This document shows, piece after piece, positions 30,101 through 41,394 of a stretch of DNA of 64,000 nucleotides (the first letter of the stretch is position 1; each line of letters opens with the position of its first letter). The position numbers and the translations under genes are program-made. The stretch lies in the NCBI GenBank assembly GCA_012295275.1, contig CM022670.1, positions 1,364,001 to 1,428,000 of the forward strand. The letters are read 5' to 3'. The DNA is from Chrysomallon squamiferum (Eukaryota; Animalia; Mollusca). Below the pieces are notes generated by a model, which was given only the letters and a program-made list of their open reading frames with translations, did no database searches and was not told where the DNA came from.

Positions 30101-33100
30101 TAGATATTAGTATGTGGACAGCACTGCAACAATTACCAAGATCCAAATTAACTTTGTAAGTATTTGTTTATGAAAGTAACAATAGTTTAAATACTTAGAT
30201 TTGACCTCATTTTGCATGTAATTAAAATTATATTTTATTATTGTTCTGTAACTTCAATTAAAAAATAATAATAATAAGCTTTTAAAAACAGATAATGTCT
30301 TTGTTGAAAACTTATGTTTCAGTAAGGTACTACTGGATATACAATCCAATATAAACAAATTTGATTAAGATCTTTTCATGCTTTGGGAAAATATCTGCAA
30401 AGTGTAAGTCAGAAACACATTCAACACACCTGTTGGTGTTTATACAGAACAAGCACTGTGTAAAAACAGCCTGCAAACAATGAAAGCTCCTTATCTGAGA
30501 CCCTCTCTTACCTTGGCAGAGGGGAAATTATCATGGAAGTACGAAGGCATCCAAAATAAAAGTGTTTGAAATGCAAAACCACTGGCAAAATGAGATAAAA
30601 TCATGCTCCTGTAAGGAAAACAGACAAAGTAAAAATAACACGATATGAATGACACAGAAATCATCCAGTAGCCAGTTACTACAACCTTTGGCACTTTGTC
30701 ATTCTGAAATCAGAAAACAAACTGGCAAGAGATTAATGAAACTTTCACAACTAGAGCCTGTAAAACTGCAGCATCCAGAGTTAGGTTAAGGACCAAAAGC
30801 CAAAACTGTAGTGCTTTAAACACATGGTAAAATACATGCCATTCCTAAAACTGTACCAAGCTTCACGTCTGGACACAAGTTTTACACACACTGGTTATAA
30901 TAGGATTTGCAACACTGACATTGTCATCTGAAATTTGTTACTAAGAAACAGAGAACACTGCTTATTGAAATTACAACAGTTATGGCACACAGAAACGCAA
31001 CTACAAAACAAATTAGAATGACATACTGCAGTATATCAAGCTGCACTGCAAAGCAAAAGAAGAATAATAAGTTCACTGATATGCTTAATATTATTCTCCA
31101 AAAACAGGCACTTTTTCAGTACTTCAGTACTTGTAACATGACATGTTAAAGTATATCAAGAGGCTTATTGCAGCACATGAAGAATGACACTGAAGCTTTG
31201 TTGTTAACATGAGAGCTGCACATTACAGCAACAAAGCCAGTGAATATATACTACAGCCAGCGTTATGGGATTTTTTTACACTGTAAGGACAGAGGCACAA
31301 TAACACGCATATAGATACATAATGAGAATGATACATTGCAAATCCTATCTGTGAATCATTTTCACTTCCATAATGGTCTCTGAAATAACATCTTCATTAA
31401 CAATGATTATTTATAAGACATTATAGAAAATATCAATAATTATTAAAAAAATATATATATTTTTTTTTTTACAGACTATGATTTGTCATTTTTAGGACCA
31501 GTGTGGAAAGTGAAACATTGTAAATACAGTATTATATTGCATGTGCAAACTCACCTTTGCGGTGGGAAAATTTTCATGAAAGTATGTTGGCATCCACGAT
31601 AAAAGTATGTAAAAAGCATTGTTTTCACAAAAATGGGCTACAAGAAGAGACCTGAAAAGCAGAAAATGTTTAATTTGTATCCGTGACTAGAGTGGGGTTT
31701 TGTTATAATGTGCTTCACAAAATCAAAAGGAAAACCTTAATGAATTGTTAAAACACAACAGACATCTGTTATATTTCAAAAATTCATAAAAATAATACAA
31801 AAACTAATTACATGCATTCAAAGGCTGTATTTAATATACAATGCAAGGCTGCTTGTCATAAAAACTGGAAATAAGAATGTGATTACAAATGGCATTATTT
31901 ATTCTACACAGTTGCAGTAAATTAATTTAGCATGAAAACTGTTTTATTTTTTTACGCATAGCTATATTTCTCAAACAGAGCATGAAAAATGGAAATGACT
32001 GCTACTGTAATTTTATTTCATTTGCTTGTTACACATCATTTCACAGATACAGGATAACAAGTGCAGTCAGAATTGGCTGAATACATAAATTCTGAAATAA
32101 TATTAAGGTGAATTTTTCTTTTCTATTCCAGCCAAAAATTTAAGTCAGCATATTTATGGTATGTTCAAAATAAGATAATGTTAAATTTGCTGTAATAAGT
32201 ATGGATATAAAATAACTTCTTTCTGTTTCAACAGTGGTTTCAGCTGGTTGATCTAAAGACTCCAAATGACATTCATCAAAGAAAAATACATAAATGATTT
32301 ATTTACAATCCACACATTCATAGTGTAAAGTTACATGGCATCATACACATTGTTTAAAACCACAGATATGATGGAGGACTGAATGAATGAATATATATAT
32401 ATATATATGCAAAACAACAACTAAAAAACAAATATATGTACTGACTTTCAAAATACAAAGTCTTTACTTTTCATTTTACTCACCAGAATGCTGCTTTTGT
32501 AAAAAGAACCAACCAAGGAACTGCCTCAGTTGGTTTTTTCTCTGTCATGTGACCATCTTGTATATTCAGAATATAGTGCTTCTGTCTGTGTCTGTTAATT
32601 AATAAATACCTCACCACCAGCATCCAGCACAAGCCACACAAACCTGCAGATAACAACACTTAATAATTAACTTATAAAACCTTTAACGCAAACTGAATTC
32701 ATTCAATGATTGAGAAAACTTTTCAATTTTGATTAGGTCTTATGTTTCACATTGTTATACATCCTTTTGTGTTTATGGAATCCTCTTCAACAACAACAAA
32801 AAAAATAATAACATGCTGCAAAGATCTAACTATAACAATGATATGATATGTTTTATCAGTCATACTACAATGTGAAAAAAAAAAAAAACATTGTGATCCA
32901 CCTAATTATTTTTATTAAGATGCTGTTAAAATACTGATTCACAGGCTATGACCTGTATGAACTTTTTCAAATGATAATAGCAGTAAACATTTTGAGAATA
33001 ATATTTATTAATATACTCACCAATAGTATAAAAAGGCACCTGCCAACCATATCTATCAAGTAATACTGAGCCAATACTTCCAGTAAGAAGTGTTCTGAAA

Positions 33101-34679
33101 CACAAAGTCACCTAGGAACTATATACAAATTGTATAATCTTTAATAACTAAATCACCGAAATTAATTTTCCTACACCAAGTAAGACCTTAAAATGATTTA
33201 TTATAATGAAATATTTTTTAGAGTTAGATAAGATTTATTTTTAAAACAAAGTAGTAAAATAAAGCATAATTTTTTTTTAAAGTATCTTATATTTTGCTTT
33301 ATTGTTTTCAATGAATAATTATCTTCATACAATTTGATTTATTATCATGAAATATTTGTCAGAGATAGATCAAATTCATTTTTAAAACAAAATGTGAAAT
33401 TAACAGTAGTAACAAAGCAATAATTTTATGTTTCTTATATCGTGCTTTATTTTTTCGAAGAATAATTATCTTTACATGAAACATAAAGAATTTAAATAAT
33501 TCATTTTAAATAACACCAATGTTATTTAAAAATGAACAATTATTTTTCACTAACTTAAACAATCTAAAATATTTTTCTTCCACAAAATCTGCTATGCCAC
33601 CAAATAACAAGGGGTACAAAGAAAAAGGATACTAAAACAAAACAAGAGTCTGGCAAAAAAAATAATTACAAAAATAATCATAATGTTTGTAGCACCGCCA
33701 AATCTGATGGTGGCTAAATTTGATGTAAGTGTAATATAACACTGTACAGTTATTAGGAATCATTTTTACAAAAATGTTTTCATTTTTACTCACAAGACAC
33801 TACTGTAAATAAAGAATGATTGTTGTATGCTGTAGCAGAGCGCCTAAGATCCCTTACCCAAAGTGAGAACCTGAAGCTACAATGCCCATGGTTAAAGATC
33901 TGTCTTTTTCAGGAACTTTTCTCGACACCAAGCTTGTCATCCCAGGGAAGTGTACACCTGCCAGAGACACCAAATCACCAGATGACAAACATTTTAATAC
34001 ATCGTCAGATATCTACTTTTTAAAGTCTACTTTGGAGAGACGCAGAAACATATTCTACAAACATCTAAGAATTCCCACCCCTACTATCCAGACTTAACAA
34101 AGTTAACAAAAAAAAAGAAAGCAGTTCTAAATCATCAGATAAAACCCAAATAAAGTAACTGGACCAGTGTTACAAAATTTTCAACTCTAAAGATTAATTA
34201 AGCTATGTTTTGTTTTTGTTGTTTTTGTTTTTTTCTTAATATAATTTATTTGAAAATAATCACCATTGTTTCTGAATATTAAATTAAGCATAGTGTTTAG
34301 GTTTCAGATTGAAAATGAAAATTTTATAATCACTGGCTAAAATAATGTTAACACCTCAGAACTGATTAAAACAAATGGTAAAAGGGATTGTATTTGGATT
34401 TCAGATACCTACCCTGCATACACTCCTGACATTATTAACGCAGTGCTAACTGTTCGTTCATTCTGTCTCACAAAATGACAGACCATGCTGGTTGTACTTG
34501 GCATATGCATGCCTGAATGTCACAACATGATGAGTAAATCATTTTAAAAATACTTTGTAATTATTTCATACACTTACACTAGTAAGATCATGAGAAAGTA
34601 TCATGCAATGCTGGAAAAACATTAATCTTACATACATACAAATATATGAGAGTAAGCCTTGGTTATTTATTTATGTGTT

Positions 34680-34724
<45 letters not shown>

Positions 34725-37345
34725 CAGATAGACAGATAGAAAGCTGTATAGGTAGATGGACAGTTAGACAGACAAACAGAGTCACAGAGAGACAGACATT
34801 TAGTATTGTATCTATATATACTAAAGTATATATAGATATATAACTTCAGTAAGCCAAAGCCAGTGGACTTATTCCCAGTAATTTAGTTGGAGAAACTTGT
34901 TACTTTCTTATTTTTATTGTGACAGAATAAATAGACAAAATGCTAAAAACTATTTTTAATTTTTAAAACTCAGATTCTGAAATAGGAAATTATTATTTAA
35001 AAGGAATAAGAAATTTATGAATTTTTACAATACTGAAGCAACAGCATTCATATTTCTAAAGAATATTACATTTTTGAGCAACAGATGTAGAGGACAGTTC
35101 ATTATTTTACGTTTTTTCACACTTTACTTATTTATTTTCTAAAACAGTGAAACTTAAGTCAACACACTTAATTTAGTTAATTAAAACAGAAAGTTGATCT
35201 TTTTTCACTTATTTCAAACATATCATGTTTTGTAAAGCACTAAAGGAAAACCATCAGATACAAATTTAATTAAATGAAAACTGGAATAGAGAATCAAAAA
35301 AAAAAAAAAAAAAAAATTCTTCATATTTTTCTCACAGAATATTCAAAGGTAAACAGAAGAAATGAAATAAAATACTAATGTCAAAGATTTCTTCATAATC
35401 CTACCTTGTGACATTCCTAGGAGAACTCGGGACAACACAACAAGATACATTGCCATGTTTCTATCAGTTGTCAGGTAAGCAACTTGAGGTGTCCAAAATG
35501 TAATCAGTGACCAAAGGCAGGCTGCGACTGGGAGAACAATATCACCACCAATCCTGTCACTCAAGTAGCCACCAAAAAACTGTGTCATGGTGTATCCCCA
35601 GAAAAATGCTGATAAAACAGTGCCCTGGAGAAAAAAAAAAAAAAAAAAATGTATTAGCTTATTTTAATAAAAACATCAGCTGTTAACAAAATATGTTTAT
35701 TCCAGGTTCAGGATGGGGTTTTTTTTACCAAAAATGCATTGAACCAGAATCCTTTTTGATTTCAGAATACAACTTTTGATTATTTTTGTCCCTGAAATAA
35801 ATATGGCGTAGACAAAACTATTCACAAATTATAAGATATAATTATAACATATTACAAGATATACTGGCTGGTCAAAAGAAAGATTCAGATTTTGGAATTT
35901 CAGAATTATTATTAGCAACTTCATAACAACATAAGGAAACTCAATGGGAAAAAAAATGATTCTTCATGTTTATAACTAACAGTTTATCTCCAACTGTATG
36001 TTTTATTTGTTTCTTTCTCATATATAATATACATGATCATGATGATGGTATTTGGATGTTGACATTTTCCCTTCTTAATGGTTTCATTTCATAACAAAAT
36101 ATGTCAGCAAAAAACTAAAAAAGAACCAATGATTTTGAAATTGTTATATCCTCAGACTAACAGGAAAATATTTTTGTTTCTTTACATTTCTTAGCATAAT
36201 TTTAACTCACTGCTTCTGTTTTACTCCACTTCATCTCCTGGGACAGTGACACTATACATAAAGGCATAATAGTCCTAGCTGCATAAAGCATAGATGTTCC
36301 TGTGAAAAGTCCAACTGTCCATTGTCTCTTTATATCTCTGAAAATAAAAAGTTATATCTGTGGTATAAATATGTTTAGTGCCCAAAAGAATAATGTTTTT
36401 ATTCCACAAAAATAATTCCAAAAGTCATCCAAAATACATTTTATAAATAAGATATTTAAAAGACAGGTAACTCTGTAACAAATTCCTAGTATTCATTTTA
36501 AATACAATACTTAAATTTCTTAACAGGCATTTTCTGTAGCTAACATTAAAATCACTGATCTGGGGGTTGAATCTTGTTAGTAATCATCTGAAAGTTTGAC
36601 TTGTTATTATTCAAAATATTATTCCAATTTTATTTCCATATGACTGACATCTGAACAGGATTAATATTTCTTACATATCACTGCATCATGGTTTTACTAC
36701 CCAATACCTTCCCAAAACAAAGGTTTTCTAACAGTTATTTGCCGGGTTGTTGTTTTGTTTTATTTGTTTTGTTTATTATTTTTATATTTTTATTTATTTT
36801 TTAATTATTATTATTACTGTTTTTGTTTTTCTGTAAAAAAAAAAATTGGGGAGATGTCTCTTTAACAGATTCATTTCCCAATATAGTGTATACTACTAGT
36901 ATTACTATTGTTACAAAAAGTATCATAATGCCAAATAATTCAATAAATGCAAAATGTAACACTCATACTCATAGTCATAGTCATAAATTACATTAACATT
37001 TATATCATACATTCAGTATTGTCTTTATACAGTCATATATTACCTAACTAACCATAAATATTATTAAACAATCAACTGTATATTAACAAATGTCTGATCA
37101 TTAAAATAATGGCATTAAATTACGAAATAACGATTATTTTATACAACGAAAACACCATATATGTGAATAAAACCACCCAGTAAATCAGACTTTTAATTTA
37201 AAATAATTAATCCTAAATTAACATTTTTGCTGCGAGTTAAAAGTAAACAGCAATACCGTGCCCAGAATTTTCCTTCACTTTCCTTTATGCTGTCTTTAAT
37301 AGTAACTTTGGTCATACCAAACACGTCCCCACCACTTTTCGCCAT
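26659..37345 (-). CDS. SLC17A9: Solute carrier family 17 member 9 (vesicular nucleotide transporter, MFS), 11 coding exons per isoform, 443 aa
   Basis: Exons in transcript order: 37345-37257, 36337-36211, 35624-35405, [34512-34413 or 33957-33858], 33094-33021, 32643-32484, [31651-31555 or 30608-30512], 28407-28320, 27840-27634, 27095-27066, 26798-26659 (TAG). All introns are GT-AG with matching phases; total 1332 nt. Translation includes MLYAARTIMPLC, FFWGYTMTQFFGGYLSDRIGG, GWVFNVVPW and FHNSGVLVNPQDIAPKHAGSVFGIMNMAG, which are characteristic of SLC17A9. Confidence 0.96.
30512..30608 (-). CDS. SLC17A9: SLC17A9 alternative exon 7b (divergent copy)
   Basis: ttccttacag|...|gtaaga; 97 nt, phase 2 to 0: (W)SMILSHFASGFAFQTLLFWMPSYFHDNFPSAK. 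Aligns without gaps to exon 7a. Confidence 0.88.
31555..31651 (-). CDS. SLC17A9: SLC17A9 alternative exon 7a (canonical-like copy)
   Basis: cttttcag|...|gtgagt; 97 nt, phase 2 to 0: (W)SLLVAHFCENNAFYILLSWMPTYFHENFPTAK. Confidence 0.92.
33205..33475. repeat. ~140-bp diverged tandem duplication in an SLC17A9 intron
   Basis: atgaaatattt...agat..atttttaaaacaaa...aaagca..aatttt...tcttatat..tgcttta...gaataattatctt occurs twice. Confidence 0.7.
33858..33957 (-). CDS. SLC17A9: SLC17A9 alternative exon 4b (canonical-like copy)
   Basis: ctggcag|...|gtaagg; 100 nt, phase 1 to 2: (G)VHFPGMTSLVSRKVPEKDRSLTMGIVASGSHF(G). Closest to the vertebrate SLC17A9 segment as recalled. Confidence 0.92.
34413..34512 (-). 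CDS. SLC17A9: SLC17A9 alternative exon 4a (divergent copy)
   Basis: cattcag|...|gtaggt; 100 nt, phase 1 to 2, open frame: (G)MHMPSTTSMVCHFVRQNERTVSTALIMSGVYA(G). Aligns without gaps to exon 4b. Confidence 0.85.
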
Positions 37346-37449
37346 GTTTGTCTCTGATAAGTTTAAATTGTTGATCACGTTCCGGAACGAATATTACCTG
37401 GGAAATACAAGAAAGCAAATTTATTTCGAGTGAAAATAATTAATCACAA

Positions 37450-37498
<49 letters not shown>

Positions 37499-37647
37499 GT
37501 TGTTGTTCGTCTTGAGAGAAAAGTAAAGAAAAAATCGTAAGATAAACTTAGATATGATTATGATTATGATATATAAAAAAATAGCGAAACGTATAAAATA
37601 ACTAATTCTTGATATTTTAAATTACGTTAATTGTAAAACATTTTACT

Positions 37648-37742
<95 letters not shown>

Positions 37743-38571
37743 ACGTACCAATAAAATACGTTGTCGGATGCTGCAGTGATGTGTGAAAGCATCTGCTTAA
37801 TACACGTTTATCATACTTTATGCAACACGTTGTTATGGATGCAGTTATTGAATTAATGGCCTGAATAATACGCATCGTTACACCGTTCAAACGCGCTACT
37901 TAGAAAATACAAAGCATTTTTATGTATCAGCAATCAGCCAAATGTCATCAAACACAAAAACATCTGTGACAGATCTGAATTAATTATGGCATGTTTATAA
38001 ATTTGTGGATTCACAGATGTTTGAATTTTTGGATTTATTGCAATTTGTACACAGCGTCAAGGTCTCCTATTGGCTCGAGATATAAATTCTGGTTCGACTG
38101 TCAAGTGAATGTTTATTATAAAATGGATTGACAGGCAATTCTGAAAACGCTACGTTTTTTAAAAAAAAAAAAAAAAAACACTTGTTTCGATATATTGGGC
38201 ATGTCGGACTGTTCAGATGATACATTGATTAGGAGCAGGAATTTATAACTTTTATAACTTTCTGCCTGAAAATGACAGGGACGATGTCTTCGAAAAATAG
38301 CATGTCTTCATAACATTACCATAAACTAAGCTCAAAATCACCAGTCAAGTTTAACTCAAAGTGATCAGTGGCACCCACGGCACGTGCCACACTTGCAATA
38401 TCTTGGTACACGGCTGGTCGAACCAAATATATCGATATCCATCCTATTCAGAATAAAAACAAAATAATAAATGAATGACGAAAACCTTCTCAAAACTGAT
38501 AATTGTTATACATTACTATTTATGGGGCCAAAAGGCACATGAAATTTTTCTTTACAGATCTAATTGTGTTT

Positions 38572-38620
<49 letters not shown>

Positions 38621-40374
38621 GATCATACTGAATTTTTTTTATTTTGTAGTCTGATTTGGCCTCGACACTTCCTACCACTTTGTGCTGTCTTTTACTTCAG
38701 TCAAAAGACATACTGCATTTCTTGCTTACAAAATATTTCGATAATTTAATGTCATGCTGTTTGTGCCACAAAGTGTTTAACTGTCTCTGGTAGAGCATCC
38801 ACCCAAGATTCATCTTGTAAGGTATTTCTTGTTCCTGCTAGTGAACAACTGGTGAATTTACAACAAAACACAATGTAGTAATTATCATCGTGACTGAGTT
38901 AGTGAGTGTAAAAGATTTCTCACTGTTAATCAAAAAGAGTAAGTTCTGAAATGGCTTTCCCTTCTTACCAGAAAATTGCAGAAACAACAGAAATCATATT
39001 TGGCCTTTTTATATATTTTTACTTTTTTTTTTTTAACTATTTAACATTTTTGTGCCATTCAATAAAAGTTGTAATAATAATTTGTTTATTGCATCCAACT
39101 GAATACATATGGCGATTTAGAGATTAAAAAAAAAAGAAAAAAAGACTTTTGATTATTACAAAATGGCTTTGTACAAAAAGTAATAAACAAAAAACTCAAA
39201 TACAGTGTATCAGTAAAACCACAAATATGTAAATATTCAAGTAAATATAATTTCAGTGGATATTTAGTTAGATCAGTCAATTAGTTTGTTTCTGAAACAG
39301 ACTACCCACTCTACCAAAAAAAGTATTACAGTTCAACCACTTTATTTCAAAACCACACAATTCTTCCATCAAGAGAACAATATCTGACCTCAACAGTTGT
39401 GTTGAATGGCACTTTGTGATTGACTGATGGACTGAATGAAGACTAGATAGATTGCTGAATGACTGATTATTTGAATGAATGAATGATTAATGCATTGATG
39501 ATCAATCAACTGAACTGATGACTGCCTGAAAAGTAATCAGTCTCGGCAGAACATTATTGTTAGGTGTCTAGAGTAATTTGTTTTTTTGTGGTTTTTTAAA
39601 AATAATTATATTAGTTATGGTGACATGAAAGTGGAAGTTTACCGGTTTTACTCCTTGATGTTGTGTTCTTGATGCACCAGTCACAGGTAATTCAACTGGA
39701 ATGGGAATTATTGTGTCGAGGAAAACATACATGTACCTAATTTGAATATTTTGTACAACAGATATATTTCACAGCTTTTGATTGGTGGTTAATTCTGACA
39801 CCAAAATACCTCATCTAAATGTAGCATGCTGCAGTAGATTTAGCAAGAATAATTTGATGATTTATTGTTTTAACTGCAACACCGGTTACCAGTACTATAT
39901 TTTATTTATTTAAGCTCTTGATGTGTTGGGAAAATAAATAAATAAATAATAGTAATTAAATAAATATTTTTGTCATCTAACCCAAAATGTGCTATTTAAG
40001 CATCTGAATAATTAGTTTTTTAACCATAAATATATTTCATAAACCAGAACAGTATTATTATTAAATTAGTATTTGTTTACATATTTCATTTATTAATCAA
40101 AAGTATAGTTATAAAATATTTTCAAATCGGTGTGTACCTAATTGTCAACCTGATATTTGGCTTTCAGTAACATTTGAGAGAGATAATACATAGCTAAAGA
40201 TTCCCTTATTCAGTTGTACATTCTCTATCTTGCAAGTATTATATATATATATATTAAAAATATTTATATAGTTTCAGGATCTACCCCAGATACTCTGGAC
40301 ATTACATAAAATGGCATAATTTTACCATAAACATATTCTAACTTGAAATCCCACTTATATGTACTATTAAGAAC

Positions 40375-40412
<38 letters not shown>

Positions 40413-41394
40413 AAAATAACATGTAAATCATAATACATTTAATGTAAAATAATGTTTCAAAAATGTTTTCAAATCAGAGTACTTTACAATCATGTGTCAA
40501 AACTGCCTAAATCATACTACCTGCAGTATTATAAAATACCATATTTTACCATAATAATACAATTACATAATAATATAATTCTGTAAAAATATTTTCAAAC
40601 AACACTTCTAATGCCAAACCCATAATTAGGCAGGATGACTGTTCAGTGAAAGAATGGCTGCACTCTTAATAAAAGTAAAATGTATTGTTCAGTAATTAAC
40701 AAAGAATTCATTATTTAATCATTGTTAAATGCAGTGTTGTTATAATACTAATTATAAACATCCCATTTGTAATGTTAATGACTCTTCCAACTTATTTGAT
40801 ATAAAACAGCTTACATGAATGTAATCTCCAACTTTTAGACCTCCAGTGTTCAAGTTGTTTTAAATACTAGATTGTGTGAATAAATAAGGTCAAGATTTCA
40901 TGAAAAGAGGCACGAAGAAGTCATGTTCAACATACATTCAATTTTACAAATAACTTTGCATGATTCACTTAAATGATAATTTTAATTCCAAAAAAAAAAA
41001 AGATGGTTTTAAAAATTTTTGACTGTTCTAATACATGACCAGAATATTAAAAAAGAGGAAATTTCTTTAATGTTGGTGATATTAGAAAGATACTTAAATA
41101 CCAATCCACAGTTATCCAGAATACAACAGAACTAACAACTGCTGATCATTTCCCTCTGAACGATGTTTATCCTAATTATTTTCTGACTTTGCAAATTTTA
41201 GATACATGAAATAAAAAAACCACCAATAACAATATCCTGAATTACTCAGTCGTTTGTTAAATTTGTGAGAGATGTCTTTCGAACATAGATTTGTGTTGTA
41301 AAACACAGCATATGATATGCATTAAAAATGCATCAGAGGTTTTGTTGACTTTCACTTTTTTTATTTTGTTAAATGATAATGTGTGCATGAAATA

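Noticed and set aside
30921-33988. 10-bp complementarity between 30921-30930 (7a/7b intron) and 33979-33988 (just upstream of the 4b acceptor)
   Set aside because: It would be an attractive way to couple the two cassettes, but a 10-bp match is expected by chance in this much AT-rich sequence. It needs cross-species support.
30512-34512. Duplicated SLC17A9 exons read as a second paralog or an assembly duplication
   Set aside because: Only two exons are doubled, the copies are strongly diverged, their flanking introns are unrelated, and all other exons are single.
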